From Octopus vulgaris (Eukaryota), in the NCBI GenBank assembly GCA_951406725.2, contig OX597821.1, positions 77,624,001 to 77,688,000 on the forward strand: a DNA stretch of 64,000 nt, given 5' to 3'. Shown one piece after another: positions 1-10,903 of the stretch (the stretch's first letter is position 1; each line of letters opens with the position of its first letter). Under the pieces are notes generated by a model. The model had not been told where the DNA came from. It saw nothing but the letters and a program-made list of their open reading frames with translations, and made no database searches. The translations under genes were made by a program, and so were the position numbers.

Positions 1-414
1 TCATAACAATGTGATTCAACACTCGTTGGTCTCTTTCAGTGAGCTTCGAAGTCCTGCTGGACTTACTCCTCCTGCTGGAGGTTTTGCCTTGCTTCTCAAA
101 TTTGGTCATGGTCCTTGATATGGTAAGCTCTCAAAAAACCAAGGATTTCAGCTGTTCTGATAACGGAAGCTCCTGCCATTCGAGCTCCAACAATTTGCCC
201 TTTTTCAAACTCAGTGACATCATGCATCTTAGCTTAATTTATATTATGATCTGAAAAAGAGATACAAATAATCATTAAATTAGATAAATAAAACCATCTA
301 AAATACAAAAAAAAAACACTCACAATCAAATTTGGATGAATATTCGTGATATAAAGGCTCATTGAAATATTAGGGTTAAATTTCTACTGTTCCAATTATT
401 TTGTCCAACCCCTG
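1..414 (-). mobile_element. Tc1-like DNA transposon, 5' part (TIR plus frameshifted transposase N-terminus), truncated by window edge
   Basis: Minus strand begins CAGGGGTTGGACAAAATAATTGGAACAG at 414 (Tc1-type TIR). ATG at 227 reads MHDVTEFEKGQIVGARMAGASVIRTAEILGF, then after a frameshift near 125 TISRTMTKFEKQGKTSSRRSKSSRTSKLTERDQRVLNHIVM. This is a typical Tc1 HTH region. Confidence 0.85.
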
Positions 415-432
415 AAAAAATATATATATATA

Positions 433-660
433 CAGTAATCCCTCAACTATCGTGGGTGTTAAGTTCCAAACCAGCCCCCCCCCCTTTGTAGGTGAAAATC
501 TGCAAAGTAGAAACAGTACTGTACTGTATATATTTTTTTAATTATTTTTATAATTTTTTTATATTCATTTTATTATAAATGCAAAACAACACCACACACG
601 AATTGACGTAAGCTTAAATAAACCACAATAGGTGAACGGCGATATGGTGAGGCATTACTG
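433..660. mobile_element. Tc1/mariner (pogo/Tigger-like) MITE
   Basis: TA-CAGTAATCCCTC...GAGGCATTACTG-TA: imperfect TIRs flanked by TA, no ORF. Confidence 0.75.
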
Positions 661-683
661 TATATACATACATACATATATAT

Positions 684-992
684 AGGAGCATTCTGTCAGT
701 TATGACAACGAGGGTCCTAGCTGATCCGATCAACGGAACAGTCTGCTCATGAAATTAACATGCAAGTGACTGAGCAATCCACAGACACGCGTACCCCTAA
801 TGTAGTTCTCAGCGCGACACAATGTGTGACAAGGCCAGCCCTTTGAAATACAGGTACAACTCATTTTTGCCAGCTGTACTGGAGCAATGTGAAATAAAGT
901 GTCTTGCTCAAGGGCACAACGCATCGCCGGGAATCGAACTCATGACCTTACAATCGTGAATCAAAAGCCCTAACCACTAAGCCATGTGTCTT
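684..992 (-). mobile_element. tRNA-derived SINE (CORE/V-like body)
   Basis: Minus strand has A box TGGCTTAGTGG and B box GAGTTCGATTCC, followed by GTGCCCTTGAGCAAGACACTT. Related fragments near 13280-13530, 19720-19820, 61690-61830 and 62470-62520. Confidence 0.75.
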
Positions 993-2428
993 CACATATA
1001 TATATCGACATGTGTCTTTGTGTCTGTGTTTGTCCCCAGCCACTGCTTAACAATAGGCATTGGTGTATTTAAGTCTCTAACTTAGCAGGTTGGCAAAAGT
1101 AACTGATAGAATAAATAGCAGGCTTAAAAACAAATTACTGGGGTCAAAAAGCACGTAAAAACCACCATCCGAACGTGGTTGATGCCAAATCAGATTGGAG
1201 CCTGGTGAGGCCTCCTGGCTTGCCAGTCTCCAGTCAACCCGTCCAACCCATGCCAGCATGGAAAACGGACGTTAAATGATGATGATGATTATGCCAGTCT
1301 AGTGACAGAAACTAGTTCAAAATATTCAGTGCATGACATGCAAAAATTGTTTGATAAATGTTTACAGATATCACATATATATTTAGAAAATTGCACTGTT
1401 CTAGATTGTACAAATAACTGTGAATATAATTAAAATAAATATTTTCGTGATCTAGTGTAGTTTTTAGAAATAGATTTCCAAAGTGTTATACTTCAGTTAT
1501 TTCTTTTTTTATTTCTTCTTTTTTACTGAGCATGTTTTGGAGTTTGGTCACAGGGCCACTGCCATCAAGTTTTTAGTCACTCATATCACTCTCAGTAATT
1601 TCATTAATCATCATCATCATTGTTCAACGTCTGTCTTCCATGTTGGCATGGGTTCAATGGTTTGACTGGGGACTGGCAACCCAGGAGGCCACACCAGGCT
1701 CCAATCCAATCTAGCAAGGTTTCTACAGCTGGATGCCCTTCCTAACGCCAACTCCTCCAATAGGGTAGTGGGTGCTATTTACATGCCACCGGCATGGGAG
1801 CCAGTCAGGTGGCACTGGCATCAGCCACCTTCAGATGGCTGTTTTATGTGCCACCAGCACAGGACCCAGTCACACAGCTCTGGCAATGACCCACGCATGC
1901 ATGGTGCTTATTATATGCCACCAGTATGGGAGCCAGTCAGGCAGCACTGGCATCGGCCACAAATACAATTCCATTTGATTGTGGTTTTTAACAGGTCATG
2001 AATCCTAGGTTCATTAAACTTCATCTGACTCCACCTTATGTGGGACCCTGTCCCATATAAGTTAAAGAAACCTGTTACAAGTAAATAACTCCTCTCTCTC
2101 TCTTGGTAGACAAGGAGTAAGCAGTGAACCTAAGAAGTAAAAATTGGAGTGGAATCTCTACGGTAGTCTCACATTTAACTCAACACTCTTCTGGCAGATC
2201 CTGCAGCCAAACTGGTACCAAACAACGTATTGCCTTTGAAACATTTAAACCACACCAGTGAAGCCAACAAGGGGATTGTGGTAGTTGGGCAACCTAGATC
2301 TTCATACTCTTATCTAAGGTGTGGAGTGGTCACTTCAGTGACTAACCAGTAGTGCAAGTCTCCATTGTTTCATTAGACAAATGCCAAAGACATTTGTTTC
2401 ACATGACTTTTTGTATTTTTGTTATGTA

Positions 2429-3010
2429 CAATTCTACATTTGTGAGATGAGGAATTCATTCTATATAAAAGGTATATAGTGTTCACATCTTGATTGTTGC
2501 TTTCACTATGTTTCACCTGTTGTATGCTCCAGCCTTCTTCAGGTGTCTTGTGTTGAACTTTGTTGTTGCATTGGAATTTTATTATGTAGTTTAGCTAGGA
2601 TGGAGGGGCAAGGTGCACAAACTTCACAGGCCATTGAAGACGGGAAAGATCTAGTAAGTTTGATATTCGATTTGACAGACAGATCTGATTGTAAATGTTG
2701 GCATGGAAAATGAGGATGCAAAAGGAATTCCAAAGGATTGGTATTCTGGAGAGAAAGGGTTAAGGTTGTGATTAGTGAGAGGGATAGGATGATAATACTG
2801 ACCAGATGATAAAAAGAAAAGATAGGTGGGGGTGGGGTATATTAGGTGGATCTGTGTGGGTGGAGATGGTTTACAACCAAGTATTTCGGGAGATCAGAGG
2901 CCATTGCCATTGTGATAGATTAAGTTTAATGAGGAGACGACACGTCTGTAACTGAAAGATTGTGGTGTGTCCATGAATGAGTTTTTACAAATTACCTTGA
3001 TGGCATTTGG
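2429..3010 (-). mobile_element. Penelope-like element 3' remnant with hammerhead-bearing pseudo-LTR
   Basis: Minus strand: gacac-CTGAAGA(2542-2536)-aggctg..caggt-GAAAC(2514-2510)-ATA-gtg, then terminus aattcctcatctcacaaatgtagaattg. The upstream frame ends ..SYRRVVSSLNLIYHNGNGL*, only weakly like a GIY-YIG C-terminus. Confidence 0.55.
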
Positions 3011-3839
3011 GTGGGGAATGGGTGGTGGTGATTAGGATGAATGTAGGCATGACCAAGCAGTTAAAATGTTTACTTTACAGCCACAAAGTACAGGACTCAA
3101 TTCCACCGCATGTCACCTTGATTAAGTGTCTCTTTTGCCAAACAGCTAAGTTACGGGGATGTAAAGACACTAACATTGGTTGTCAAGTGATGATGGGGGG
3201 AACAAACACTGACACACACACATATATATACATATATGACGGGCTTCTTTTAGTTTCTGTCTACCAAATCCACTTACAAGGTTTGGTCAGCCTGAGGCTA
3301 TAGTAGAAGACACTTGCTCAAAGTTCCACAAAATGGCACTGAACCCAGAACCATGTAGTTGGAAAACAAGCTACTTACCACACAAGCACATATATGTATA
3401 ATCATGTTAAAGTCCCCTTTTCCATGTTTGCTTGGGTTGGGCAGAATTTATTGAGACAGATTTTCTATGGCTGGAAACCTTTCCTGTTGATTCTCTCCGG
3501 TTTCCAGGTAAGTTAAAGTTTCCTCAAGGCTGGACAGGTTTTTCGCAGAAGATTTGAAACAAGTGATACATTTGTATGATGGTGATTTCTCATTTACAAA
3601 CTTCATGTGATTTTGAGGACAAGGAGATGCAAACATACATATACACATCTACATATATGGGCTTCTTTCAGTTTCCACCGACCAAATTCACTCACAAGAC
3701 TTTGGTCAACCTGAGTCAACCTGGGTCTATAGTAGAGGACACTTGCCCAAGGTTAAGAAAAGTGAATTAAAAACCCTTGGTAGTATTTGTTTCTCCCAAG
3801 TTGCACATATACTCCCTTATCATTCTTGCTATTGTGTAA

Positions 3840-4158
3840 GCAGTCAACGACCCAGTGGTTAGGATAGCGGACTCGCGGTCGGAGGATCGCGGTTTCGATT
3901 CCCAGACCAGGCGTTGTGTGTGTTTATTGAGCGAAAACACCTAAAGCTCCATGAGGCTCCGGGAGAGGGTGGTGGCGACCTCTGTTGTACTCTTTCGCCC
4001 CAACTTTCTTGCACTCTTTCTTTCTGTTTCTTGAGTAACGCTGCGATGGACTGGCATCCCATCAAGCTGGGGGGAACACATATGCCACAGAAACCAGGAA
4101 ACCGGGCCCATGAGCCTGGCTAGGCTTGAAAAGGGCACATAAATAAAAAAAAATAAAA
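3840..4158 (+). mobile_element. tRNA(Arg-like)-derived SINE with V-domain-like segment and A-rich tail
   Basis: Head ..CCCAGTGGTTAGG..GACTCGCGGTC..GGTTTCGATTCCC, internal GCGATGGACTGGCATCCCATC, tail aaataaaaaaaaataaaa. A related fragment lies at 55010-55190. Confidence 0.7.
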
Positions 4159-4984
4159 TGACTGACATCCTGGAAACTGGTAACCAGTAATAATACGATA
4201 CATGGTATGTGATTTCTTGGTTATATCACAATATTAATTATATATATATATATCTCAACTAGAAAAAGAAAACTTTTCTTTCAAAAGAATAAAAAATGCC
4301 AAGGCATTATCTTTTATTAGTGCATAAAATACTATTAGTAGCAAACTAGTAGGTAGGTACTGAAAGATTTGTGACTTTTATTGTGTTAGGGAGAGGTATT
4401 GAATAATGTCTACATTTGTGAGTATGAATGATATAAAGAGGGAAGGTTTTTATTCACAAATGACACATGAAGATTAAACCTGTTTTACTAGAAATCAATG
4501 AAAATATATAAAAATAAACAATGAAACAGATAAAGAAAAAGAACTGGGCCAGATTGGAAAGTGTTGTGTGAAAGTTAATGGAATGTTCCTCCATCTGATT
4601 TGTTTACTTAAATTTTTCTTAAAATTTTTTTTTTAATGCAGTCAACACACAACTGCTCACTCCACCACCTCCATCACCATCATGATTTAGTTGTTTGAAC
4701 TGCTAGAAATGATAGCTTAACCTCACCCAAATCATTCCCAGCCATCCTAGAAAAAGAAAGAACATACTAGATAAAAATATTTCCTTAGATTCAGTTATAA
4801 TGTCTGAATAAAAGACATGATGGCCACGATTGGAATTTGCCTCTGATCATAGATCAATTAGGGTTGAAGTGGATCAATCGCAACAACAATGTCATCATAT
4901 TGATGACATAAACATTGATACATAACAACATAAACTAGAGACAACAGCATTCAGTGTCAACATCATGAGCCAAGAAGGAAACCT

Positions 4985-5530
4985 CCACTTAGTTATTTAA
5001 GCACTAAATGTCTTGCAAACAGCTTGCACATGCAAGTGCTACCAATCAAAATACTCCACATACTAGAAGCCAGCAAGTGTATGGGGTCGTCAGGAGAGAA
5101 TGTGTGCCGTTTCGGTGCCTACCTCTCGACAGCATCAATGCGCACTGGCCCCACCTCACTGATATGAGGCCCCACTTGCTAGATCAGCTGGTTATCAAAT
5201 AAAGCTCAATATTCTTCTAGCCATCGCTCATCGTCTCTTTTTAACCAAATCCAGTGGCTAGCCTTCTCCACTGTAGTTTGGATATCGGTCATAGTGGTAT
5301 TGACTTTACGATGAGTTAGGCCTAACGATAACAACAGTCGTCTCACACTGTGTCCAACGAAACCTCTACATCCGACTTCGATTGGAAAATGCTCTGCTTT
5401 CCAGCCTGCGTCTTCACATTCCTCGAGGAGGTTTACATAATGGTCAATCTTTCAAGCCCAAGCAGTGTCCATATTGTCTTCATGAGGAACCGTTAACTCG
5501 ACTAGATTTACAACTTTCCTTCTTTCACAC
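4985..5530 (-). mobile_element. 3' end of an RLE-type non-LTR retrotransposon (HERO/R2-like): endonuclease C-terminus plus 3' UTR
   Basis: Minus translation RKVVNLVELTVPHEDNMDTAWA*KIDHYVNLLEECEDAGWKAEHFPIEVGCRGFVGHSVRRLLLSLGL...EKASHWIWLKRDDERWLEEY* (stop at 5206). ELTVP, K..Y, PIEVGCRGF and W.WLKR are restriction-like endonuclease motifs of HERO-type LINEs. Confidence 0.85.
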
Positions 5531-6639
5531 ATAAAATAGCAGTCAAATCTCCCTCATATCATATGGCATGTAAAAGCACACCATTCGAGTCTGATCGTTA
5601 CCAATGTTGCCTTACTGGCACCTGTGCCGGTGGCATGTGTAAAAAGATTTCAGCGAGGTCATTGCCAGTACCGCCTGACTGGCCCCCGTGCCAGTGGCAC
5701 ATAAAAAGCACCCACTACACTCTCGGAGTGGTTGGCATTAGGAAGGGCATCCAGCGGTAGAAACACTGCCAGATTAAAATTGGAGCCTGGTGTAGCCATC
5801 TGGTTCGCCAGCCCTCAGTCAAAATCGTCCAACTCATGCTAGAATGGAAAGCGGATGTTAAATGATGATGATAATGATGACGCACACACACCTTTTATCT
5901 TTTACTTGTTTCAGTCATTAGACTGTGGCCATGCTGGAGCACCACCTTGAGTTTTTAGTTGAATGACTTGACACCAGTACTTTTTTTTTATGCCTGGTAC
6001 TTATTCTATCGGTCACTTTTGCCAAACTACTAAGTTGTGGGGACTTAAATACACCAACACTGGCTGTCAGGTGGAGGAGAGAGGTACACACACACAAAAA
6101 CACAAACACACACACACACACAGACATACACACACACACATGACAGGCTTCTTTCAGTTTTCATCTGCCAGATCCACTTGCAAGGCTTTGGTCAGCCCAA
6201 AGCTAAACCAGAAGACACTTGCTCAAGGTGCTACGCAGTGGGACTGAACCCAGAATAATGTGGTGGGGAAGTAAGCTTCTTACCACACAGCCACACCTGT
6301 ATATCAAGTGCCCTAAGCTGAGTTATTTATGGAGTAAACAAACTTTTGAATCAGTGACATATTTAATCTGTAAAATGGCCATTTTTCACTGTTACTTGCC
6401 ATGGAGAAAATTCTTGCTTTAAGCAATAGGTATCAAACACCATTGGTCAACTGCAGACACTCTCTGATAGACTGAGGAATGCAGTTCTAGCTGCTTGACC
6501 ATCATCAGTAATGAGTACTATCAAAGAAGACAAGCCTCAGCTGACTTTGGATGCTATCTTTTCATTTATTAGAAATCTGCAAAAACTATTACCTCAGCCA
6601 TGAAATTAGTTGCCAGGCTAGAATAAATTATATATTAAA

Positions 6640-7095
6640 TATGGCATAAAAGGCACCATTCGAGCTTGATCGTTACCAGCTTCGCCTAACTGGCACTTGT
6701 GCCCCGTGCTGGTAGGGTGCTAAGAGCACCATCCAAGCGTGATCATTGCTAGAGCGGCTAACTGGCTTCCATGCCGGTGGCATGTAAGAGGCACCATTCA
6801 AGCGGGATCGTTACCAGCATCGCTTTACTGGCACCTGTGCCACTGCCATGTGTAAAAAGATTCGAGCGAGGTCATTGCCAGTAGTGCCTGGCTGCCCCCC
6901 CCCCCCGTGCCGGTGGCATGTAAAAGCACCCACTACACTCTTGGAGTGGTTGGCATTAGGAAGGGCATCCAGCTGTAGAAACTCTGCCAGATCAAGACTG
7001 GAGCCTGGTGCAGCCATCTTGTTCGCCAGCCCTCAGTCAAACTGTCCAACCCAAGCTAGCATGGAAAGCGGACGTTAATCGATGATGATGATAAT
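6640..7095 (+). mobile_element. Abundant (GAT)n-tailed SINE-like repeat with internal GGCACGTAAAAGCACC-type subrepeats (representative copy)
   Basis: Conserved GGTTGGCATTAGGAAGGGCATCCAGCTGTAGAAAC..AACCCATGCTAGCATGGAAAGCGGACGTTAAA(GAT)n. Other + copies ~1150-1290, 5563-5880, 12355-12742, 22890-23298, 25645-25810, 26425-26893, 39095-39316, 56780-57075. Minus copies ~1608-1990, 10508-10660, 19410-19660, 21484-21700, 22460-22745, 27195-28060, 35681-36150. Confidence 0.85.
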
Positions 7096-7890
7096 AATCA
7101 ATGTTCTGAATTGAACAAACTTTTAAATCAGTTCATATATGACAGGCTTCTTTCAGTTTCTATCTTCCAAATCCACTAACAAGACTTTGTCAGCCTGGGG
7201 ATATAATAGAAGATACTTGCCCAAGGTGTTGTACAGTGAGTCTGAACCGAAGAACACATGTTTTGGAAGCGAGATTCTTACCCACCCAGCCACACCTGTG
7301 CCTATTCGCATCATTGATTAATCTTCCTCTCAGTCATTAGTTCCAATTGCAGAATCTACTTCTTGGATTCCTTCAGCAAAGTCCGTTTTGGTTCCAGAAA
7401 TTCAGGTAAGTTCTCCAACCTCAGGAAAGCTTCTTTCATTCCTTCATCAACTAATCTCAGACTATCTAAAAAGGATCATACGCTTTCTCTTTTAACCTAT
7501 TTCTTTACTACCCACAAGGGGCTAAACACAGAGGAGATAATCAAGGACAGACAAACGGATTAAGTCGATTATATTGACCCCAGTGCATAACTAGTACTTA
7601 TTTAATCGACCTCGAAAGGATGAAAGGCAAAGTCGACCTCGGTGGAATTTGAACTCAGAACGTAGCGGCAGACTAAATGCTGCTAGGCATTTCGCCCGGT
7701 GTGCTAACGTTTCTGCCAGTTCGCCGCCTTCATAAAGATGGACAAAATGCCAAAGCATTTTGCCTGGCATGCTAATGATTCTGCCAGCTCACTGCTAGCT
7801 TTCTCTTTTAACCAAACCACAGAAAAGAGAAATACAAAAACAAACTCAGTATCATTTTTGATCGGTCCTCTTTTAAGTACTGGCTAAATT

Positions 7891-7936
7891 CAGCTCCACT
7901 GATGAAATCTAATAAGCCTGAAACATGGTCAAGTTG
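7891..7936 (+). ncRNA. Degenerate minimal type I hammerhead ribozyme (Penelope-type)
   Basis: cagct-cca-CTGATGA(7899)-aatctaataagcct-GAAAC(7920)-atg-GTC(7928)-a-agttg. Stem I pairs; stem II is decayed. Confidence 0.5.
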
Positions 7937-8734
7937 TCTGTGCCTGCCAAACATAAGACTCAATCTCTTCTGCATGAACTGATATTATCTTTTACTTGTT
8001 TCAGTCATTGGACTGCAGCCATGCTGGGACACAGCCTTGAACAATTTAGTCAAACAAATCAACTCCAGTACTTATTTAATTGGTCTCTTTTATTGAAACA
8101 CTAACTTAGAGGGGCATCAACAAACTGATATCAGTTGTCAACCACTGGAAGGGGATCAAGACAAACACACATGCATTCACATATAAACAATGAGCTTCCA
8201 CGCAGTTTCCATCGACCAAAGTCACTCATAAGGCATTAGACAACCCTATAGTAAAAGACAGTTGCCCCAGATGCCACTCAGTGGGACTGAACCCAAAACC
8301 ACATGGTTGCCAAGGCAAGCTTCTTAACCACACAGCCATGTCTGTACCTAATTTCTTTTATTAATTTGAATTCCAGAGTTGTCGCCCTTCCTTTTTGTTT
8401 TTCATCTGACATTAATTAATCAATAGAGTTATTATGGATTTTTCTCTTCACTTCAGGAATAATGTAATTAATTAAATCTTTTAAACTCATTAAGTATATC
8501 AGCTTCCATGTCTTCCTCATGTAACTAATAACATTTTGCATGAATGGTGAAGCTTTGGATGAGTTTTTGAAAGCAGTCAAACAGTCCTGGCTGGGAACAG
8601 AAACCAGATTGAGGTGATTTTTTCTCTGAGAACTTAGTACTAGAGTACAGAATTCATAATCATCACCACCACCACCCACTACAACCACCATCTCATCACT
8701 CACAGACAAAGGTCCTTCAACCAGACTAAACACG

Positions 8735-8801
8735 TAGATGGGTAGGTGAGTAGACAAACAGGTAGGTGGGTAGGTAGTAGATAGACAGATAGGTGGGTAA
8801 G

Positions 8802-8872
<71 letters not shown>

Positions 8873-9080
8873 GGAGATAGATAGATAGGGAGATAGATAG
8901 ATAGGGAGATAGATAGTTAGACAAGTAGATAGAGAAGTAGATAGATAGGTAGACAGATACATAGACAGGTAGGTAATAGATAGGCAGGTAGGTAGATAGA
9001 TAGGCAGGTAGATAGATAGGCAGGAAGATGGATAAGTAGACAGGCAGACAGATAAGATAGATAAGTTAGACAGATGCAGA
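8735..9080. repeat. (AGAT)n/(AGGT)n tetranucleotide microsatellite
   Basis: Pure AGAT run ~8802-8870 with degenerate flanks. Confidence 0.95.
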
Positions 9081-9227
9081 TAAGGCTGTTTAAAAATCTC
9101 ACTTTGCAGCCACAGGATTTTGAGTTCAGTCCCACTACACATCACCTTGGGCAAGTGTCTTCCACTATAGCCCTGGGATGACCAATGTGTTATGAATGAA
9201 TTTGGTAGATGGAAACTGTATGGAAGC

Positions 9228-9291
<64 letters not shown>

Positions 9292-9594
9292 CGGATCTTC
9301 GAAAGGGTAAGTTCTTACTTTCAGTGTTTCCAAATCCAAACCAAGGAATTTATGAGCTGAAGAGAGAAATGTTGCTTTGACTAATCTTGAAACGTACGTA
9401 CTCAAATAACCTTAGCATTTGATTTTTTAATGTCCTTACCCCCAAACTTTTGTGAGTTGAATTAAGCAAACGCTATATATGAGAGAGATTTTTTTAAGTA
9501 TTAGAAATAGCTTTAAAAAAGTTTTTTAGCTGCTATTTCTAATGAGTTCAGTATCGGCAAGTAATTTATTTTACTAAGCCCTTTTATATAATGT

Positions 9595-9638
<44 letters not shown>

Positions 9639-10109
9639 GAAAAATGTATAAACAAATAACAACACATACTGAATGTAAAAACAAAATGGGAGACAAACAG
9701 AAAGTCCATAATTCTTCATCAGCTATCAACCAATGGCCCTTTTCAGTTTCACACCTTATTGATAACTGGATGGATAAATAAACGGATATGTGACAGTGTG
9801 TGAGTATTTGTGTTTGTTCCCTCACCACTTGATGACTGGTGTTGGTTTGTTTACATCCATATAACTTAGCAGAACTTGACAAAAGAGACAGACAGAATGA
9901 ATACTTAAAAAACGAAAATAAGTCCTGGGGTTGATCAGTTTGACTAAACTCTGTGAGATCAGTGTCCTTGCATGGCCACAGTCCAGTGATGGAATAGCAC
10001 ATTGGGTAACCCCACAGCATGGCACACTGGGCAAGTGTCTTCTGCAATAGTCTCAGGCTAACCCAAGACTTGTCAGTCAATTTTGTAGCCAGAAACTGGA
10101 AGAAGCACA

Positions 10110-10150
<41 letters not shown>

Positions 10151-10674
10151 TGTGTGTGCGTGTTTGTGTGTGCATGGTTGTGTGTGCATGGTTGTGTGTG
10201 CATGGTTGTGTGTGCGTGTGTTTGTGTGTGTGTTTGTGTTTGTGTTTGTGTGTGTGTCCTGTCACCACTTGACAACCAGTATTGGTATGTTTACATCCCT
10301 GTAACTTAGCAGTTTAGCAAAAGAGACTGATAGAATAAGTATGAGGTTTAAGAAGAATAAGTACTGGGGTAAATTCATTCAAGTAAAAATCTTGAAAGCG
10401 GTGCCCCAGCGTGGCCACAGTCTAATGACTAAAGCAAGTCAAAGAGAAAAAGTATAAACGGTTGATTACTTTTAATGTTTTATTCTTTCTTTTATTCCTG
10501 TAAAAATGTCATCGTCGTCATCATCGTTAAACATCTGCTTTCCATGCTGGCATGGGTTGGATGGTTTGACTGAAAACTGGCAAGCCAGGAGGCTGCACCA
10601 GATGCCCTTCCTAACACCAACCACTCTGAGAATAAACTGGGTGCTTTTTACGTGCCACCAGCATAGTTGTGTTG

Positions 10675-10903
10675 TTTCTTTACTACTCACAAGGGGCTAC
10701 ACATAGAGGGGACAAACAAGAACAGACAAACGGATTAAGTCGATTATATCAACCCCAGTGCGTAACTGGTACTTATTTAATCGACCCCGAAAGGATGAAA
10801 GGCAAAGTCGACCTCGGCGGAATTTGAACTCAGAACGTAGTGGCAGACGAATACCGCTAAGCATTTCACCCAGCGTGCTAACAATTCTGCTAGCTTGCCG
10901 CCT
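10675..10903 (-). mobile_element. tRNA-derived SINE with conserved central domain GCCTTTCATCCTTTCGGGGTCGATAAATAAGTACCAG (Meta/Nin-like; representative copy)
   Basis: Minus strand GGCGGCAAGCTAGCAGAATTGTTAGCACG..GTTCTGAGTTCAAATTCCGCCGAGGTCGACTTTGCCTTTCATCC. Other copies ~7495-7800, 12750-12915, 14810-14925, 15320-15515, 24325-24750, 29843-30270 (dimer), 32340-32525, 34995-35395 (tandem), 39880-40095, 54480-54665. The superfamily assignment is from memory of the domain. Confidence 0.8.

Noticed and set aside
7353-7405. Plus-strand exon-like segment (ttgcag|...CAG|gtaagt)
   Set aside because: All three frames are open with no recognisable homology and no partner exons; a minus-strand reading is equally plausible.
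9574-10309. 233-aa and overlapping HT/CV-rich ORFs
   Set aside because: Made of SINE sequence and (GT)n; no coding signature.
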